This document shows, in pieces, positions 58,662-64,000 of a stretch of DNA of 64,000 nt. The position numbers were made by a program, and so were the translations under genes. The stretch is from Camelus dromedarius (lineage: Eukaryota). Numbering within the stretch: position 1 is the first letter of the stretch; the number at the start of each line of letters is the position of its first letter. The notes beneath the pieces were generated by a model, which saw only the letters and a list, made by a program, of their open reading frames with translations, was not told the origin of the DNA and ran no database searches. Location: NCBI RefSeq assembly GCF_036321535.1, contig NC_087437.1:120468001-120532000 (forward strand), in the 5' to 3' direction.

Positions 58662-59730
58662 TTTTTAATTTTTAATTGAAGTGCAGTTGGGTACAGTGCG
58701 GTGTTAGTTTGAGGCGCACAGCAGAGTGTACATCGAGAGGTTTTAGACTTTTCCCGTCACGGCTTGTTACAAGGCGTTGATACTGTACAGGAGATCAGCT
58801 TCGCGTGTAACAATTTGTATCTGTTAAGCTCATGCTCCTAGTGTGTCTCCCCTACCCGTTCCTGTTTAGAAGTTTGTTTTCTGTGTCTGTGAGTCTGTTT
58901 GTTTTGTAAATAGATACACTTGTATTATTTTTTAGATTCCACGTGTAAGTGGTATCATGAAATATTTGTTTTTCTGTCTAACTTCACTCAGTGTGATAAT
59001 CTCCAGGCCCATCCACGTTGCTGCAAATGGCATTATTTTATTCTTTTTTATGGCTGAATAGTATTCCACTGTATAAATGTTACCACAGCTTTAGCCCGTC
59101 ACCTGTCAGCAGACACTGAGGTTGCCTTCACGTCTTGGCTGCTGTGAGCAGTGCTGCTGTGAGCATGGGGTGCAGGTGTCTGTTCATATTATAGTTTTCC
59201 CTGGATGTGTGCTCAGAAGTGGGGTGAATCTATTTTTAGTTTTTTAAGGAACCTCCATACTGTCCCCCATAGTGGCTGCACCAGTTTACATTCCCACCAA
59301 GAGTGTAGGAGGGCTCCCTTCTCTCCATACCCTCTCCAGCATTTATCATTTGTGGACTTTTTAACGATGGCCCTTCTGACCACTGTGAGGTAATACTTCA
59401 TTGTGGTTTTGATTTCATTTCTCTGATAACCAGCAGAACTGAGCATCTTTTCAAGTGCCTCTTGGCCATCTGTATGTCTTCTCTGGAGAAACGTCTGTTT
59501 AGCTCTTCTGCCCATTTTTTGATTGGGTTGTCTGTCTCTTTTGATACTGAGGTGTATGAGCTGTTTGCATATTTTGGAAATTAAGCCCTGGCATCATTTG
59601 CAAATATTTAATCCCGTTCCTAGGTTGTCCTTCTGTTTTGTTGATGCTTACCTCTTCTGTGCAAGGGCTTTTAAGTTTGATTAGATCCCATTTGTTTATT
59701 TTGGGTTTTTTTCTCTTTTGCCTTGAGGAG
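58662..59730 (-). mobile_element. 5'-truncated L1, antisense in PDXK intron 1
   Basis: ORF 59213..59515: [37 protein letters not shown] (ORF2 C-terminus); T tail at left. Confidence 0.92.
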
Positions 59731-59789
59731 AGAGAACACTGCTTCTAAAGGGTTCGTGTAAGTAGATCGGACTCACCTGGCGGTTCCCC

Positions 59790-60071
59790 CTGCACTCAGT
59801 GGGGTTTTGCAGGGGTGAGCGAGGGGAAACAGATCTGGGACGCTTTACAACTGATGTATTATCTGCTGTTGTTCCTTCTCTTGCCTGAGACAGTCCTTGT
59901 TTCTGCATTCTTTAGTCTCCTTGAGATCATGAATTACTGAGACCTGTTCGCAGGACGAGCACTGTGCCCAGGCTCAGCTCACAAATGGCTTAGGCCAAAA
60001 ATGGCTTCCCTTGTGTCAGGAAGGCCACGCCTGGCTCTTTCTCTCGAGGCACACTGCCCTGTCTGCTTACA
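59790..60071 (-). mobile_element. Partial ERV LTR (family A)
   Basis: Homologous to 45430-45705 (gatcatgaattactgagacctgttc...ctgtctgcttaca). Confidence 0.8.
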
Positions 60072-61820
60072 GTTGGGGTCGTTAGGACTTAGAGCTGGGA
60101 AAAGGGGTGATGTGTAGGACTGTGCCTGCAAGAGACGGGAAGACCGCAGAGTGGGTTCAGCTGCTCCTGGGGGCCCCGCCTTTGTGGGTACAGAGCGCTG
60201 CCAGGGAAAGGTGACCCGCCGGGGCAGGACCCTCCCGTCTCCCGGCTCTCCCCACCCAGTGCCCAGGTGGGAGCTGCTAGCCGAGCTGGGGCGCAATGCC
60301 CAGGGTTGCAGGCCAGATCCCAGAAACAAGCACGAAAGGGGACGGGCACTTGAGCTGAAGACTGGGCTTTTACAACAGAAGCCCCCTGTCCCTGGGGTCC
60401 CAGGGCTCCCTCTTGGAGCTGGGCCCCTCAGCCCTGCACGTGCCGTGTGGTAGGTGCCCGACACCAGCACGGGGTACGAATTAATAAGCTGCTGGTGTTT
60501 GAAGCCCAGGGGCTTAGCTCTGTCATTGAAGAGCACAAAAATAGCGGACGTGCCAGCTCCGAAGGGCTGATGGTCTGCACTTCCAGGGGCCGTGGAGCAG
60601 GGCGTTCCGGCAGGATTTTCAGGATTTGTGTCATCCCTGCTTCAGGTCTGTTTCTGCAGAGTTGATAGGAATTCTCCGGATCTGAGATACTGCAAGCTCT
60701 CTCTGTGTCTCAGAGGCTGCGAAATCAGGCCAGTGAGTTTGCAGAGTGCCAGTTTAACTTTCTTGTTTGAGAAGACTTGATTTTTCTTTCACTGCTTGAA
60801 GTCCTCGTAATACTGGCTTAAATTTGTTTAGAAAGACGTCTTAAATACAAATCTCAAGTGTGTAACTCAAGGAATCCACAGAGAGAGCATGTCCGGGGAA
60901 CCCCCCCCCCATGAAGAGCTGGGGTGTCATCCATGTCTGCACCCAGAACCCCCACCCCAGCCACTACCCCTACTGCCCAGAGCAGCCACGCTCCTGGTCG
61001 CCAGAGAGCTCTGCCTGTTTTGGATGAGACCTGAAGCTGGTTGGTGTTCAGGTGAAGAAGGGGAGAAGGTTTGGAAGTTACTGGGGCCCAGCAAGGCAAG
61101 GACAGGGCCAGAGCAAAGTGGTGGAGGGGGGATGGGGCCCCGGGGCCAGGCTCTCTCTGGGCCTCCAGCCTCCCCCTCCCTCTCACTCACTCACACACAC
61201 TCTCTGTCTCTCTTGCACACTCAGTTTCTGTCTCGTTCTCTCTCGCCCTTTTGTCTCTGGGAGGCTCTGCAGGTGCAGGGCCCACTCTCATCTGCGTCCC
61301 GTCCACAGGTACTGAGATTCTCAGATAACCGTGCTGTGTGCTGTCTTTTCTGCTACTCCAGCTTGTGAGATCGCTCCTTCGGGGTGGGTGGGGGTTCACG
61401 GCTGTGCCCCTGAGCACCCGGCCCTGCACCAGAGGCCTTCCTGCCCTGTTGGGCAGTGTTCCTTGGGCAGCTGGGACGGCCAGCCCTGCAGAGGGACGCA
61501 CCGGATACCCTTGGGGGGTGGGGAGGGGACTACACAGCAGGGCCATTGTCCCAGGGCTGCCTGCAGTGATGCCGGGGGTGGGGGACCAGCCTGGAAGAGG
61601 CAGGTGGAAGATGCTGGTGGGGCCTGATGGGGACGCAGGGTCAGGGCAGGACACCAAGGCTGGGAGGCGGGCCGGGGGGTCCTGGATCCTGACGCCCAGC
61701 ACCTCTGACGGCTGAGGGGCAGGGGGGGCCTCACAGGGAGTGTGGTTCATCCCCCACCCCGACCCCCCCAGGAGGATCTGCAGTGTCCTGTACCTCGATT
61801 CCCCTGAGGGAACCAATACA

Positions 61821-62090
61821 TTTTTTTTTTAATTGAAGTGTAGTCAGCTTATGTGTCAGTTTCTGGTGTGCAGCGCCATGTTTTAGTCAGACGTACATGC
61901 ACAACACCCTCCATAGTTTCCATTGCTGGTCACTACAAGGTACTGAATACAGTTCCCCGTGCTGCACGATGAACTTATTACAAAACAGAGACAGACTCAC
62001 AGCCGTAGAAAACAAACGCATGGTTACGGGGGGGGGGGGGGGGGGGAAGCAGGTGGGAAGGGATGGATGGGGAGTTCGAGATTTCCAGCG
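61821..62090 (-). mobile_element. L1 3' end with 5' inversion
   Basis: 61821-61968 is an antisense L1 tail; 61969-62088 is the adjacent upstream 3'UTR segment in the opposite orientation. Confidence 0.8.
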
Positions 62091-62210
62091 CCTATTAAAT
62101 GTGGAAAAACAGGAGAGTGAACACAAGCAGAAGGAAGAACCGCCCCGGGACTCGCTGTGTCGTGAGTGCGCGGTTGTCAGCCTTGGCTGTGTGGTCCTCA
62201 GGCCATTCTG

Positions 62211-62310
62211 TTTTATTTATTTTTTACGTTTTTAATGGAGGTACTGAGGATAGAGCCCAGGACCTCGTGCGCACTCAGCACGCACCTTTCTACTGAGCTA
62301 CACCCTCCCC
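62211..62310 (-). mobile_element. tRNA-derived SINE (Vic-1-like)
   Basis: aatggaggtactgaggatagagcccaggacctcgtgc...; TSD-like ggccattct/ggccattgt. Confidence 0.87.
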
Positions 62311-63028
62311 CGCCCCACCCCGGCCATTGTAGACACCAGCTTTCTGCCCTTTTATTAAAAAGGGAGCTCCTAGTTTTTATAAGCTTAGCTGCTATCTCAG
62401 TGCTGGCTTTAGCTTTCCCCCGTCACTTGCTTCGTCTGCTGTGGATGAGCTTTCTTGGGGCTGGGTGGGAGCTCCCTTGGCACCAGTGCCACCCCCTCCC
62501 CTCCCTTAATTGGCGCCTCCATAGAGGCTGGAGGCCCAGATGAGGGGCTGGCGTGAGGCTGGGGTGTGGGGTGGTCCCTCCCTGAAGGCGTACGGGTCTG
62601 TCGCTGTGATTGTTCTGGGGGCCTTTGGCTCTGGGCTGGGTGCCTTTCTCCCGGTGGACGCGTGGTGATGGAGGGGCAACAGGCTGGGCTCCCGGGGGGT
62701 GCGGGTGGCGCCCTTGGCCTTGCCTTTCACCGGACGGGGCCAGAACTGAGACGGCCTCACTGCCCTCTGGGTGTCCGAACAGATGACACATTTGGGGGGA
62801 TTTCTGGAAGTGAGCCATTGAGTTGCAGGAGGTGGGCCTCGGCCTCCCAACCTGGGCCCTTTGGGCTGGTTGCTCCCCAACACATTCCCTGTTAGATACA
62901 GGGATTGTGGGGGCCGAGGCCGACTGGGGACCCTCCAGCCTGCCCAGGCCATTGTTGGGCACCCTCTGTGGGTCAGTGGCAGCCCGGCCTGCTCTCTTAA
63001 GCCTGGTCCTTCTCTGTCCATTTTGCAG

Positions 63029-63083
63029 GTTTTGGGGTTTGAGGTCGATGCGGTGAACTCTGTCCAGTTTTCAAACCACACAG
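63029..63083 (+). CDS. PDXK: PDXK exon 2 (55 nt); gene continues beyond the window
   Basis: ttttgcag|VLGFEVDAVNSVQFSNHT G|GTAAGG. Confidence 0.97.
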
Positions 63084-64000
63084 GTAAGGCGTCAGCCTCG
63101 GTCGGTGTCCACGCAGAGCTTCGTGTGGGTGTGAGAAGCGGCCCTTTGGAAGTCTGGGGGCCACCCCTCGGAGGTGTGGCCCCGGCTGAGGCTGCACGGC
63201 CGGGGGGCGGGGGGGCCTGGGTGTGCCGGCTGTGGGCTTGAATCCGCCTGGGTGCTTTGGGGCTGGGCCGCCCAGGTTGGTGACGTGACCCCTCAGCCCC
63301 TCAGCTTCCTGCATGAACCGAGAGCTGTGATCCTGGCACCTGCTCTGGGGCCATGCCGCCTGCCTACAGGGTGACACCACGGGGCCTGAGGAGGGCCCCA
63401 CACGGACGGGGAGGGGCGGAGCGGGTCCTGATTTTCTTTGTTGAAAACCAGAGCCTCATGGGCTTGTGTGTGTGTCTTCACATGTGAGGTCCCCGAGGGT
63501 TTCCTCGCACAGGAGCCTTGAAGTGGGATTGCCGGCTCGGGGGTACATGAGGGTCACATCCCTTGGAAAGTCCCCAGGGTATCGGGGCGAGGACCGGGCT
63601 CCCCACCCTGTGGCCTTGGCACTCCCCTGCCCCGGGGGTCCCCGAGCTGGAGCAGCGGCACGAGGACAAAGCCACGCAGTTCTGGAAGCATCCCCACATC
63701 CCTTCTTTTGAAATTGCTCTGAACCCAGACAGAACCTCGGAGCACGGAACGTCCCAGAAGCAGCTGGCAGAGGGCCGACCAGATACGCAGAAGGGGGTGC
63801 CTGCCCTGCCAGAGTTCTCCTGGGCGTGGCTCTCGGGAGAGAGGGGGATCCGCAGTCACAAGGCGGGAGGAGGAACTCCGGGCCAGGCACAGATGAAAGG
63901 GCCCTTGTTCTCACTAAGTGTCCTTTCCTGCTTTCGGTCTCCAAGTGTGCAGGGCACAGTGACATTTGGAAACATCCCCAAAAGCTGTCAACCCAGTGAA

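Overview
Mammalian genomic DNA, most likely a camelid given eight copies of a tRNA-derived SINE resembling Vic-1. It is orthologous to the human 21q22.3 block HSF2BP(-) / RRP1B(+) / PDXK(+). The window holds the first two coding exons of HSF2BP (MEILB2), a shared bidirectional CpG-island promoter, and the complete 16-exon RRP1B CDS (3443-26119; 2241 nt, 746 aa, all introns GT-AG with consistent phases). A ~20 kb intergenic spacer dense in LTR, L1 and SINE remnants follows, then PDXK exons 1-2. I found no convincing new protein-coding gene or wholly new system; the long six-frame ORFs are mostly GC-rich or repeat artefacts. The best leads are non-coding. They are an orphan CpG island (36.9-37.85 kb), a second promoter-like module with CRE and TCTCGCGAGA motifs beside a G-rich minisatellite (42.7-43.5 kb), a triplicated hairpin-forming element at the RRP1B 3' end, a four-level nested retroelement stack, and a PAR-bZIP palindrome that doubles as a cryptic splice donor in PDXK intron 1. 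Repeat family names are by-eye assignments and repeat boundaries are approximate.
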